A DNA stretch of 64,000 nucleotides from Geosiphon pyriformis uo1 (lineage: Eukaryota > Fungi > Glomeromycota), in contig JAAOMT010000503.1 in the NCBI GenBank assembly GCA_016748015.1, forward strand, positions 856,305 through 920,304, read 5' to 3'. Position 1 is the stretch's first letter. The number at the start of each line of letters is the position of its first letter. The translations under genes were made by a program, and so were the position numbers. A model generated the notes under the pieces. It ran no database searches, was not told the DNA's origin, and was given only the letters and a program-made list of their open reading frames with translations. This document shows, piece by piece, positions 47,901 through 59,038 of the stretch.

Positions 47901-50900
47901 GGTAACCGTATCATTTTCTATGGCATGGCTTATAGTAGTAATGTGTGCATGTCCAGTAGTTTTTGTCTGGTGCCATCTAAGCTTCCATAGAAGAAAGTTT
48001 CTTCCCACAGTCTTTACATTTGAGAGGTATATATGGCAGTTTTTTTATTGGTTTTTGTGAATATTCTTTTTTTCAACCACTAGTTATTTCTTCTGTGATA
48101 GTGGTTTTTTTGGGTAGGTCTTCTTCCTTCCTTTTTTTTTTCTTTTGTCAGTTTCTTCTCATTCCCAGGTTGGTAGTTTGTCTGGGCTGTTGTTAGTTTC
48201 CCAAGTTTGTTCTGTATTCTAGGTAAGTTTTTTCTTTTGTTTTCCTTTGTTGTTGTTGTCCTAAAAGAGTATTGGCAGTAGTTTGTTGTGGTCTTCATCA
48301 GCCCATGACACTTGATAAGCTTCCCAAGTAGATTTCTCTCTTTTTTTCTTGAAGTTGATGAGTGGCCACATCATAGTGCTGGATCTGAAATGGCCACACA
48401 TTGCTGGTATTCGTGTGTGTTGGCCATTTTGACTGATTTGCAACTCTTGAGTGGTCCAGTCCAGTGTCACATTGGTTTTGAATAGCCAGTTATTGCCAAC
48501 TAGAGCTTAATACTGAGTGGCTTTTATGACTAATACCTTAATCAGTATAATGATGCCATTGACTTCAATGGGTAGGACATCTATTTCACTAATTGGAGTC
48601 TTGGTGGCTCCATCAGTGGTAAATATCCTTGCACTGGCAGCTCAATCAACTCAGCAACTTAATTGGTTCATGAGCTGTCTTGTGATAATGCTGCCAGCTA
48701 ATCCACTATCTAAGATCAGTTTAATGAACTAACCATCAATTTTGGCATCAGTGTATATCACCATAATGGGTTTTTCCTCAAGCATGGTTTTACTAAACAA
48801 AAAGATTTTTGTTGGTTCCTCAATTTCGAAGAGAAATATAACTGCTAGAGACTCATCCTCCATAATGGTGACAGATGGTATGTTGCTGGTCAGTGATTTC
48901 TAGTTTGTTTCTAAGTTATTAGATGGGGCATCTTTTAAAGTAACCAGAAGACTTAAATAGTTCTGAGAACTCAGATTTTGGGTATATCTAATTCCTAAAC
49001 TTTGCTGTCGTAATCCTAATGGCTAGTTGAATGAACTAAGAATTAGTTTGTGAACAACCATCGCCAATCTCCAGTTTTGGGTGACTCTAAATTTAGGGTT
49101 TCCTGATGTCATTTGAGCTGGGTTTGATGGTGGTGTTTGAACTGATGATTGTTGATATATTACTTGTGGCTGCAGTTAATAAATAACTGGTGTTGTCAGT
49201 TGATAGAGTGGAGCTTAATATACCAGTAGTTGATAGATTGGCTGCTGCATCACTAGTAGGTAATTTGATTGATATATTTCTAAGTTGGGTTGATATCTCA
49301 GAGTTTGGAACCAGTGATCAGGGTTTTGATATTGATTTCTTAATCATTGGTTATCTATCCTTAACTTACAGTCAATTTTTAAATGCCCTTGTTTACCACA
49401 GTAGTGGCAAACATACATCTTCTGCTGCCACTGTTGATTGGTCAAGGATAATAGACATGACTGATTCTGGGAACAATTTGTATTTTCTTGATTATTACGT
49501 CATTGTGGAGGTTGATAGATTGGTCTGATTGTTAGCTAAGTACCCCTTTAATTTTTGGTTGATGGAATTACTGAATTGTTTCAACTTAAAATCCAATTCA
49601 AATGATCTGTTCATTACTAGATTGACAGCTTGGACATGATTGGCTTCAAGTTCAGCTGCTTCAAAATCTCTGGCATTTGTAATAGTGGCTTAAAGATCTG
49701 CTGAATGCATTGGATGTATGTGTTGAAGGATACTACTGCACAGTCCCTGAATGAACTGGTTTAGAATCTGAGGTGCTGTAAAATAGTCAGCTTGGATTAC
49801 TTGGATTTGGTGTAAGTTTCTGTGGAAATGTCCCAAGTAAGTAGTAACTGCTTCAGTTTCTCTTTGTTTGATAGTGGTGAAAGTGTTGGTTAGGCAATTA
49901 ATACTGTTATTATTACTGAAATATCTCAGGAATACAACTTTAAATTCCTGGAATGTTTGAGGTTTAGTGACTAAACTTTGATATCATGAATTGGCAGTAT
50001 CTTGCAAAAAATAGAAGATGGTTTGAAGTGCTCTTGCATCATTTTATCCATTGGCTGTAATGGCTTTTTCAACATCATTGAGCCATATTTGGGCATCATC
50101 TTTTTTGCCAGTGAATTTCTCGAGTTTTGCTATTGGAGTGTAGGCTATTAGATCCAAGTTTGGTTGTTAAAGTTGTTGTTGTGGCTGTTGAAGTGGCTGT
50201 TGAGATTGTTGGAGTGGTTAAAGTGACTGTTGTTGAATTGGTTCAATAATCAATTCAATTAGTGGTTGATTGATGACAATTACTGAAGGTAAGTTTTACT
50301 GATTAATTGTTTCAAAGTTTGTATTGTTCAGATTTTGAGGAGTTTGAAAGTTTGAAGTTTCAATTTTCAGATTTTTTAAATTTGGATCTTGCTGAGTCTG
50401 AAAGTTTGGGGTTCTAATGTCTGGGTTTTTTGAAATTGGTTTTTGATAAATAAATTCTTGATCTTCAGCTTCTTCTTCTTTCTCTTTCTCTGATTCTGTT
50501 ATCTCCTAGAGACTTGTATTTCCGAAATCTGGTTGAGGTGGCAGTAATCGGAATCCTGATGGTGTTGGCAATTACAATTTAAATCCTTCAAAATAATTGC
50601 TATAGGTTCCTAGTAATTCTGCTTTCTTTTGTTTACTTTGAAATAGAAGTCATTCAAATGTTGATGTTATGTTTGATGTGGATGTGTCTGTTGATGAAAT
50701 GTTAATGGTGCTTCCAGGTGTATAGTGGTATGATGAATTTGTTGGTGATTTAACTCTGGTTTTCTTTCAAGTGAGTGGTTGTATTTGTTTTGGTGTTACT
50801 GCTGGTGTTTGCAATCTTCTTTTGTCTTTGTCTGCATATGTGATTGGGAATTATTGTTGTGTATATCTTTTAATGGTTTGGTTTATTTCCCTAATGATCG

Positions 50901-51144
50901 GTGCAAAACTGTAGTTCTTTGGTAAGCTGGTATATTAAAATAATTCTGTATAAAAATTTTTTCTTGCAGATTCAATGTTAACTGTTCCTCCTAAACAGTC
51001 TGTAATTTTGTCATTGATGTAGAAGTTGAAGGCTGATTCTGCTGAGAAGTGGTTATTGGTTAATTCTAATTGTTGGCTATATTGTTAAAATAAAGATTTC
51101 ACAAATCCTAAATGGTTTGCTCCTATTCTTTTTGATTCTGTCAC
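44905..51144 (-). pseudogene. Gag-PR-Cys domain-dUTPase-RT-RNase H polyprotein of copy D (disrupted)
   Basis: Colinear ORF fragments 44905-48470 plus decayed gag to 51144; ends NANGLSQIRQI*. Confidence 0.9.
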
Positions 51145-51207
51145 TTTTGGGATTGGTGTAGTTGATGCTAGTTCTCTGTAGGATTATACTTCACAGGGAG
51201 CACCAAA

Positions 51208-52061
51208 TATTACAGATAATTATTTGGGGTTTCAAAACAAATAACAAATCTGTAACTTGGTACTGGATTGATATTTTGGTGTTGATATCTGAAGGTTTTG
51301 TTGATCTGAAAGTTTGTTGTGGAGTTTTTTGTATAATGGGCAGAGATTTAATAGTTGTTTTCAGTAGTCTCTTGGAATCACAATTTCATCAAATTTTTTT
51401 CTCAGTGTGGTGGCTGGTAATCTTCCTGGTAAATTATCCTCAAATCTATGAGTGTTCTACCCTTGTTTCACAGATTCTTTACCAGTCCCTATGATATTTC
51501 TATCTTAGCACTTAATCCTTAATCAATTAGTCAACCAAAAGAAAATACAAAAAAAAGAAATAAAAGAAAATAAAAGAAAATAAAGAAACAAATAAAAGCA
51601 ATTGCAAGTTAGTATCCTATTAATAGCCATAATCAAGAGCTATTGTTCCAGTGTTGTTAAGTATTAATTACTATCAACATTTCATGTTGATAGTAAAGAG
51701 TAAATTTGAGATAAAAAATAATTATTTATTGATATTTGTGAATTGGAAGATTGCTTAGATAAAATCTAAACTGGGAGGTCTGTTTTTTCTACTTCTAATA
51801 CTACTGCTATATATACATAATTGAGATTCTTTAATTTCTCAATTCTTCACCCCAGGAATCCTGAAATTTCTGGAATCTTGTAATTCTTTTTAAGAGGAAT
51901 CCTGGAATTCTGGAATCCTGCAATTTCTTGTACAAGAATTTTGAAATTCTTGGAATCCTACAATTCCTTTTGAGAGGAATTCTGGAATTTTATATTTATT
52001 ATGGCTACTTCTAATTGGCTAATTTATATGCTAATATACTTCTTATATTTTATGAGTAACA
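51208..52061 (-). repeat. 5' LTR of copy D
   Basis: Minus-strand start TGTTACTC; followed by TT and PBS TGGTGCTCCCTGTGAAG. Confidence 0.95.
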
Positions 52062-55000
52062 GTAAATATAATTTAAAGATGTTTATAATGCCAATAAAAC
52101 AGCATTATTTTTTAGAATGCCACCAAATACAACTTTAACAACAAGATCTATTTCTGGCACCAAGGGTGATAAGAGTCAAATTATCATACTTCTTGTTTGT
52201 AATGCAACAAACAGCATCAAGTTGCAGTTTTTAATTATTAGCAAAGCTGCAAAGCCATGATGTTTTTGCAATATTAATATGAATGCACTTCCAATTACTT
52301 ATTGTTACAATACAAAAGCATGAATATAAACCAATATTTTTAGTAAATGGCTTAATTTATTAAATGAAGAAATGCATTGTAAGAAAAAAAAGATTTTGCT
52401 ATTGTTTGATAATGCTGGTCCTTATGGTAAAGAACTTTCTGTATTATTTAATATTATAATTAGATACCTACTATTCAATACAACATCTCATTTGCAACCA
52501 TTAGATGCAAAAATTATTGTATTCTTTAAGACACAGTACTGAAAGTTGTTTCTTTTCTATCTTATTAATCAGTATGATAACAAGATTTTAATATTAACAG
52601 TAACATTAAAGGATGTGGTTGACTTTCTAATTGATGTGTGGTTAATGGTAACAACAACTACAATCCAAAATTGTTAGCATCATACAGAAATTCTAAATAA
52701 TAGTCAAATGCCAGCCCATTCATTAGATATTAAACAAAAACTTCTACAAGAAGTACAAGTTCTTATTGAGCATATTAATATTGACAAGCTATTGGCAATA
52801 GACTTCATTAATATTGACAAGTTTGAATTATTATTTACTTATGCCTTAGAGAATGAAATTGTGAATCTTATTAACAACAAGTATAGTGGAAATTCTAATG
52901 CAAATGAAGATTTAGAAAGTGAAAATGAAGATGAACCTTTGCTTTTACTATCTATATATCAAGGTAAAATTGCACTTGAAGATACATTGTGCTATTGTGA
53001 AGAGCAGTATAGTGAAAAAGTTGATTTAGACTTTTTTAAAACTTTGAGAACATTAATTTGTAATACTGTTTTCAAAGTTCAAGAAGAGAAAAAACAGTTA
53101 CAAATAAATAGCTTATTTAAATAAAATATATATAATTGGTTATTATATTATGCATGTGATATATAGATCATGTGATAAGATATTAATCATTTTTTATAGT
53201 CCCATCTCTCTATAGTCATCACAAATGTGCTGACCAAAAGATGTAATTATAAAGAGAGTTCACTATATAAACAATCTGACGACTTAGTCTCTTGTAGAAA
53301 GCAAATCATCATACTGTTAGCAGCAAGAACACCAAGCAAACTAACCCAACAATTAATAGTCCTTAAAATCAACTCACTTTTAGCACTAGTATCATGAATG
53401 CAAGAGAATGTATAATTGGAATTCTCAACCAACCCACATTAAATAAATAGCATACTTAGATAATTCAGATTATAAAGCCTCTTTTTCTTGGCTACAGGAA
53501 AGTAGTTGTGCATGGCTTTTATGAAGTAGGATCAAAGACATGCAGAAAAATAGCTGGTGAAGCCTAATCAAAATTGACTATCAAGATGTCATATACTAAA
53601 CATACATTGCATATCAATTTTATTGCATAGCATATCTTTTACAGCATAGGTTACATATTTGGCTTCCCAACTGACAAGGCTTACAGCATTAAAAAAATGT
53701 CTAACAAAATGGTGGGCATTTCCAAAAACAGGCTTTCCTTTAATAGACAAAAAATGGCAAAACATTCCAACAGATAGCATGATGTTAGAACTGGTGGCAG
53801 AATTGGCCAATAAATTAGCATACTCATTGCCATAAACTCCAGAGTGGCCTTTGATTTTGTTCCAGGCTACTGATAAGTTCTTCAATGCAATGGTCTGCCA
53901 GATCTACTCTCTTTTAATCTAACATTTATCACAAAAATCAGGACCAGTAAAATTTTTATAAGAGGTACAAGCATCCAAAAATGCCTAACTATCAGTAAAA
54001 AAAATAACTGAACTGGAAACAAGAACACACTCTAAAGCAAGGGTAATAATATGTAGTTCAGTTAGAATTGATAAAAGCAAGCCATTTATCTCAACTCCCA
54101 CACCATTATCAATATCAGGAAAATAAACAGCAGCACTACTGTAAGCACTTATAAAACCCAAACCCTTAACTAAGCCATCAGTATAAACTATCATACCACT
54201 TGAAGTGTTCTCAAGAAGATGTTTATTGATAGAACTTAGACTAACTAGGCAACTACTAAGAGCTGAATCAGAAGCTAGGACATGACCATCAACCAAACCA
54301 CCATTTTCAATAAATTTTATTAACATACTAAACCAACCAGAAGTCAGACCTCTTGGATCCAGTCTTTTTTACCTGTGAAAATTACTTCACATGAAACACA
54401 TGCCATAATAGTCCAAAAACTGGTTTGCAAAAATGATGCCAAACTTTTTCAGTGAACCAACCACATTCATATACTGATCCAAACCCAAAACATTAGCAAC
54501 AGTTATGTCACTACCAGCCCAAAAAACATTTAGCAAAACATTGTCCAAGGAGAGTCTACACAATGCCAGAGTGTTGGTTATGTCAGTTAAAAAAAAATTC
54601 ACAGGATCTAATAACAACACAACTGGAAAACTAAAGAATTGCTAAGGCATCCAACTAATGGCCTGCAGATCTATCACTCTGTGTTCAAATAATCTGCCAA
54701 GAATGCCTTTCAAATTGGCAAACAGTACCAAATTAGCCAAAGAGTTTTTGGTTTGCAACTGCCTAAAAATTTTGAGACCATATAATTCAGGATGTGAAAT
54801 GGCTTCATTGAGGAAATTTTTGGACAAGTTGGTCTTGAGCTTCAGACTCTTTCTTAGCAGCCTATTCTATTTTTCACAAATATTCACAAAAGCATAACTA
54901 AACTGCAATTTATATCCAATGATAGGTTGTAAAACAGTAGACACCAAATAAAGAAACTGTTTATCAGAGATTGCTTTTCTCAGAACCAAGTTAACAAAAA

Positions 55001-55728
55001 ATTTCACATCTGACTGGGCTTTAAAAGATCATTAATAGATAAAAAAATTTCTAAGTATCTATAAGTCTTGTCTCTTTTAGCAATTAAAATATCTGAACTA
55101 CTAATTGTTAAATAAGGAATCTCAACTCTGCAATTAATAAGTATAGCTACCATCTTTTTAGTGTTAATTGAAATATTATTGAGATAAAAAAATTTGCTAG
55201 CTATATTCAAAATATGCTGAGTAGCAGCCATGTTATTTTCAACCCAAATAGTATTATTTACAAATGCTCCTGCAGCCAAATATGATGTCAAACTATCTTT
55301 GTGATCCCACTTGCCAGTTCATGTAAAAAATTTTAAGTCTAGCCAGTATTTATACAAACTCTCATGTCTTTTAATCTCATACAGCAAAGAATCATAAAAA
55401 ATTCTCCATAACAAAGTCGAGAATACTTCACCCTAATCCAGGCCATTGTGAACAATATATCCATCAGTGAGTTTAAAATCTGTTATTACTTGATTAACAT
55501 GGTTATTATATATGCTTCCAAAAAACTCGATGAAACGGGAACACATTTTAATTCTGACCAAACTGTCTCTTAAGTGAGACCACCCAACTGAATCATAAGC
55601 TTTATGCATATTCTGAAGAACAAGCCACAGCTTATGATCCTTCTTTAATGCATCTTCAATAACAGAACCTACAGCAAAAATTGGGGTTTGAGTGGAAGTG
55701 CCCTTCAAAACTGAAAAATTATCTCCAT

Positions 55729-56761
55729 TGTTACTGAAGGTTTTTGGTCTCTTTTCTTGAATGTTGTAACTGTCTGTTGGTTGCAAATTCACGTTTTCTA
55801 GAAGTAGTTGAACCTCCAATAACTGAATTTATTTTCAAATTATCTCCTGTAATTTGAACTGCTGGGCTTATAAGTGGAATGGCCAATTCCGTGCCAGTTA
55901 CTTTATGTAGTTACGTTGTAGTAAACATCAACTCTTTCCCAGGAATTGCTCATCTGAAAGTTCACTAAAATGTGTAGTTACTTTGCTGTGAAAGTCAACT
56001 CTTCTACAGGAATCTCGTCTGTAGGCTACCTTAATAATTGTAATAAGAAAAGAAAAGAAAAATAAAAAAAATGTAAAAGAAATAGGATTTTATCAAGGAA
56101 AACGTTTTCTATTTAGGCCTGGAGTTACTAACAGATTACTGAAATTGGTAGCTAATCAATTTCAAAACGTTAGTTGTGTTGAGAAAACTTCAAGTGTAAT
56201 AATTTGAGGATTTTGGTTTTTGAATATTTAATTTTTATTTGAATGTGTAAAAGATGATTTGTTTCAATTAAGATATCTAAAGTAAGATACTATGTTAAGA
56301 TACTATGAGAAGATACATTTTCTTGAAGAGAAAAGCTCTTCTTTTATACAACTTGTTGTAGTACTAGTCTATGAACTTGCACTTTTTCTCTTTGCTCAAA
56401 TTTCGGCAAACTAAAGATACATTTTGATGAACTACAAGTTATTTCGCTGAACTATTGATTAATTTGGGTAAACTATTCATAATTTCGGCGAATTTCTATA
56501 AATTTCGGCGAATTTCTTATAAATTTCGGCGAATTTCTGTAAATTTCAGCGAATTTTAGAATGTTACAAAGTTCAGGGTATTGTGTAATTTAATCATTCT
56601 ACTTTCTGTTATACTAATTGGATTATTTTAATTGAATCGTGATATGTGATAATTGATTAAATAATAAATGATAATTTGAAATGATATTAATATACTAATG
56701 AATTATAGGAATTATAAGGGTAATTTCATGCTAATCAATAGCTAAAATTCTACTGGTAACA
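55729..56761 (-). repeat. 3' LTR of copy E (~1033 bp)
   Basis: Minus-strand TGTTACCAG...CAGTAACA; follows PPT GAAGAGGAGATTA; matches the solo LTR. Confidence 0.93.
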
Positions 56762-57407
56762 TAATCTCCTCTTCAAAACTGAGCTCCATCAAAGTCCAAG
56801 CACTATCTGTAATATTGAGATAGTAATCTAAAATAATTGAAGTAATCTGGTCTGAAAATTGTTGAAATTTCAGTTCTGTAAGTTTGTCAATGTATTGGAC
56901 TTTCATTGGTTGCAGTATTGGATTTTGTAGAACATTTTCACAAGTATTAAACAAATCATAGAGTTTAAAAGCTGCTCTAAGTTTGTAGTGAGTGTTTGTT
57001 GGTCCAGCTGCTGTTTTGAATTCATTGTGGATTTGCTTTTATATAACTTTAGGAGTGAGATTTGTTGCTTCAAGTTCCAGTTTTTATTTATAAAGTGTCT
57101 TTCCAATGTGAAAGTATTTATAGATAGGGGTGTGTTTATTTTTCTGTTTATTGAGAAGTAATAGAAGTTTTTGTTGTATTGTAGCATTTGGTGAAATGTC
57201 AATAGAGGCAATTAAAAGATTTTCTTCCAGTGTTTGCTTCAAAAGTCTTGATAACCTATTTTCAGAGTGACTTCTTGTTTTTCTTCTATAGAGGTGATAG
57301 TTCTGTGAATAATTTGCTACTGGAGCTGTGGTTTCTTTCTGAATGTAATTAATTTGACTTTCATTAATCGTTATAGATAAGTCAGGAAGTGTTTTCAAGA
57401 TTAACAT
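56742..57407 (-). pseudogene. Third ORF (~220 codons) of copy E, unknown function, running across the PPT into the LTR
   Basis: ORF-track 57084-57407 and 56742-56954 are in the same frame, separated only by TAA codons explicable as decayed CAA. Confidence 0.75.
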
Positions 57408-57593
57408 TAACTTTTGGGATATTTGTTGAATATTTCAGGGAATAATTATGATAAAATTGACTAATTATGAAAAGAGAGAATAAAGAAAATTATTTTTGGA
57501 TATGGGGTTTTTATTTGTTTTTGGGTTTGGGTGTTTTTGTAATTTATTTACTATTTTTGTCTTTGTGTTTTTATTAGAGAATTATTGTAAAAT

Positions 57594-58979
57594 TTAAGTG
57601 TTCAAGTTTGGTTGTTGTTCTATTATAATTATTGGTTCTAAATTTTGGGAAATATTTTCAGGATTAATTAAAGGGGAATGTGTACCAATTTGTGAAATTA
57701 ATGGTTCAGAATTGTTTCTGGAATGATAGTGTTTTAATCTGTTTCCATGTGCAACTTTTGCTAGTATTTTGTCATCAAGTCTTAACTTGTATGATTTATT
57801 GCCTAGAATTTCGTGAATATAAAATAGTCCATCTCATTTGTTTTCAAATTTCTCACTCCATTGTTTTTTAGCCTTAGTTCTGTGTAAGAGAACTTTATTT
57901 TCAACTTTAAATTTGTTGGTAATAGGTGGTAATTTGTTGTCATGTCTTTCTTTTTGTTGAGCTTAGGAATGTTCAATATGAGTTGCTGCTATTCTTCTTT
58001 TTCCTTCCAGTGTACTAAGAAGAGTGTAGATCTTTTTTTGAAGTGTTTCTTGAAAGTTTTCTTCATTAATTGGTTGCACTGGATATGTTTCCACTGTAAA
58101 ATTAATTGATAATGTTGCTGTTCTTCCATAAATAAGATCAAATGGTATGTGTTTCATAGTATCTTGTTTTAATGTTCTGTATGCTAGTAACACTGATGGA
58201 ATAAAGATATCTCATTTCTGCTCAAAGTCTGTTGAGACTTTGGCTAAAGATTTACACAATGTTCTGTTGAAACATTCTACAAGTCCATTTGTTTGAGAGT
58301 AATAAGGTGATAATAGAGGTCTTTTGACATTAAACCATTTACAAATTTTTTGTATCAAGTTGTTCACAAAATGTGTTCCTTGATCAGATAAAAGTTCCAA
58401 TTGGGCATCTATGTCTACAAATAATGTCTTCATAAATGAAATTTGCTACTGATTTTGCATCTGCTCTTTGGATGGCTCTAGCTTCAGGCCATTTGGTAAG
58501 ATAATCTACTGCTACTGCAATATAGCAATTTCCTTGGGTTGTGATAGGTAATGGTTTGACTAAATCAATTCCAACTCTGTCAAAAGGTTGTCCAACTTTG
58601 ATTGGATTTAAAGGTTCTGTGAGACGAGTTCCTCCTTTTCTTTGACAACTATCATAAGATTCTATATATTGTCAAATGTTCTTTGCATGTAAGGCCAAAA
58701 ATAATGTTTAAAGGTTCTTTGAATGGTTCTATCTCTTCCCAAGTGTGCTAAAAACGGATCTGTGTGCATGTTGTATAAAATTGTTTCTTTTTTATTCTCT
58801 TGTATTAATCTAAGTGGTTGGTTTGGGTTTCTGTGATTTTTATAAAAGATTTTGTTCTGGTATATGAAATATTGTTTTGATTGGTGTTGTAAATAATGTT
58901 TTTTACTTGGAGACCAGTTTTCTGGCATGGTAAGAGTCTCCAAATAATTTTTAAGATTGCTGTAATTTCTGGGATTCAT
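57594..58979 (-). pseudogene. Separate integrase ORF of copy E
   Basis: Own ATG (MNPRNYSNLKNYL..), MHTDPFLAHLG, LLSDQGTHF, TNGLVECFNRTL; ends NLEPIIIIEQQPNLNT*. Confidence 0.88.
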
Positions 58980-59038
58980 TCTTGTTTGGTTATTTTTGTT
59001 TGGTAAGTTGGTAAGTTGTGGTAGAATTGTTGTTGGTA

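Larger units (their letters stand above)
40949..52061 (-). mobile_element. Full-length Ty3/Gypsy copy D (family 1), decayed, containing a solo LTR
   Basis: LTRs 51208-52061 and 40949-41800, PBS 51189-51205, PPT 41801-41815, perfect 4-bp TSD GTAA (40945-40948 and 52062-52065). Confidence 0.97.
40449..53124 (+). pseudogene. CENP-B HTH + DDE_1 transposase, split by D (40449-40948 and 52062-53124)
   Basis: FKASNSWLEKFKKHY (CENP-B HTH); rejoins as CEIISKYNLKDVYNANKTALF; KILLLFDNAGPY; NTTSHLQPLDAKII. Confidence 0.92.
37882..53265 (+). mobile_element. pogo/Tigger-like (Tc1/mariner superfamily) DNA transposon, ~4.3 kb of own sequence, interrupted by Gypsy D
   Basis: TA|CAGTAAATTCTCTCTA at the left end and TAAAGAGAGTTCACTA|TA at the right end (imperfect TIR, TA duplication); TATAGTC subterminal repeats; the flanking LINE frame rejoins exactly. 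Confidence 0.85.
37376..55728 (-). mobile_element. Non-LTR (LINE-like) retrotransposon F with RT, RNase H and C-terminal zinc motif; own sequence 37376-37881 and 53266-55728; split by the pogo element and cut at 55728 by Gypsy E
   Basis: GDNFSVLKGTSTQTPI..LWLVLQNMHKAYDSVGW (RT), AFVNNTIW, IVYTDG..ELH..FTDS and KIKGHSGVYGNEYAN (RNase H). The frame rejoins across the pogo insertion as SDCLY|MSLAKSFVLK. 3' tail CATTTATTAAATG + A-run near 37376-37405. Confidence 0.88.

Noticed and set aside
55433-55819. 128-aa ORF suggesting an LTR-RT fusion gene
   Set aside because: Chance read-through from the end of E's LTR into the interrupted LINE RT at the 55728/55729 junction.
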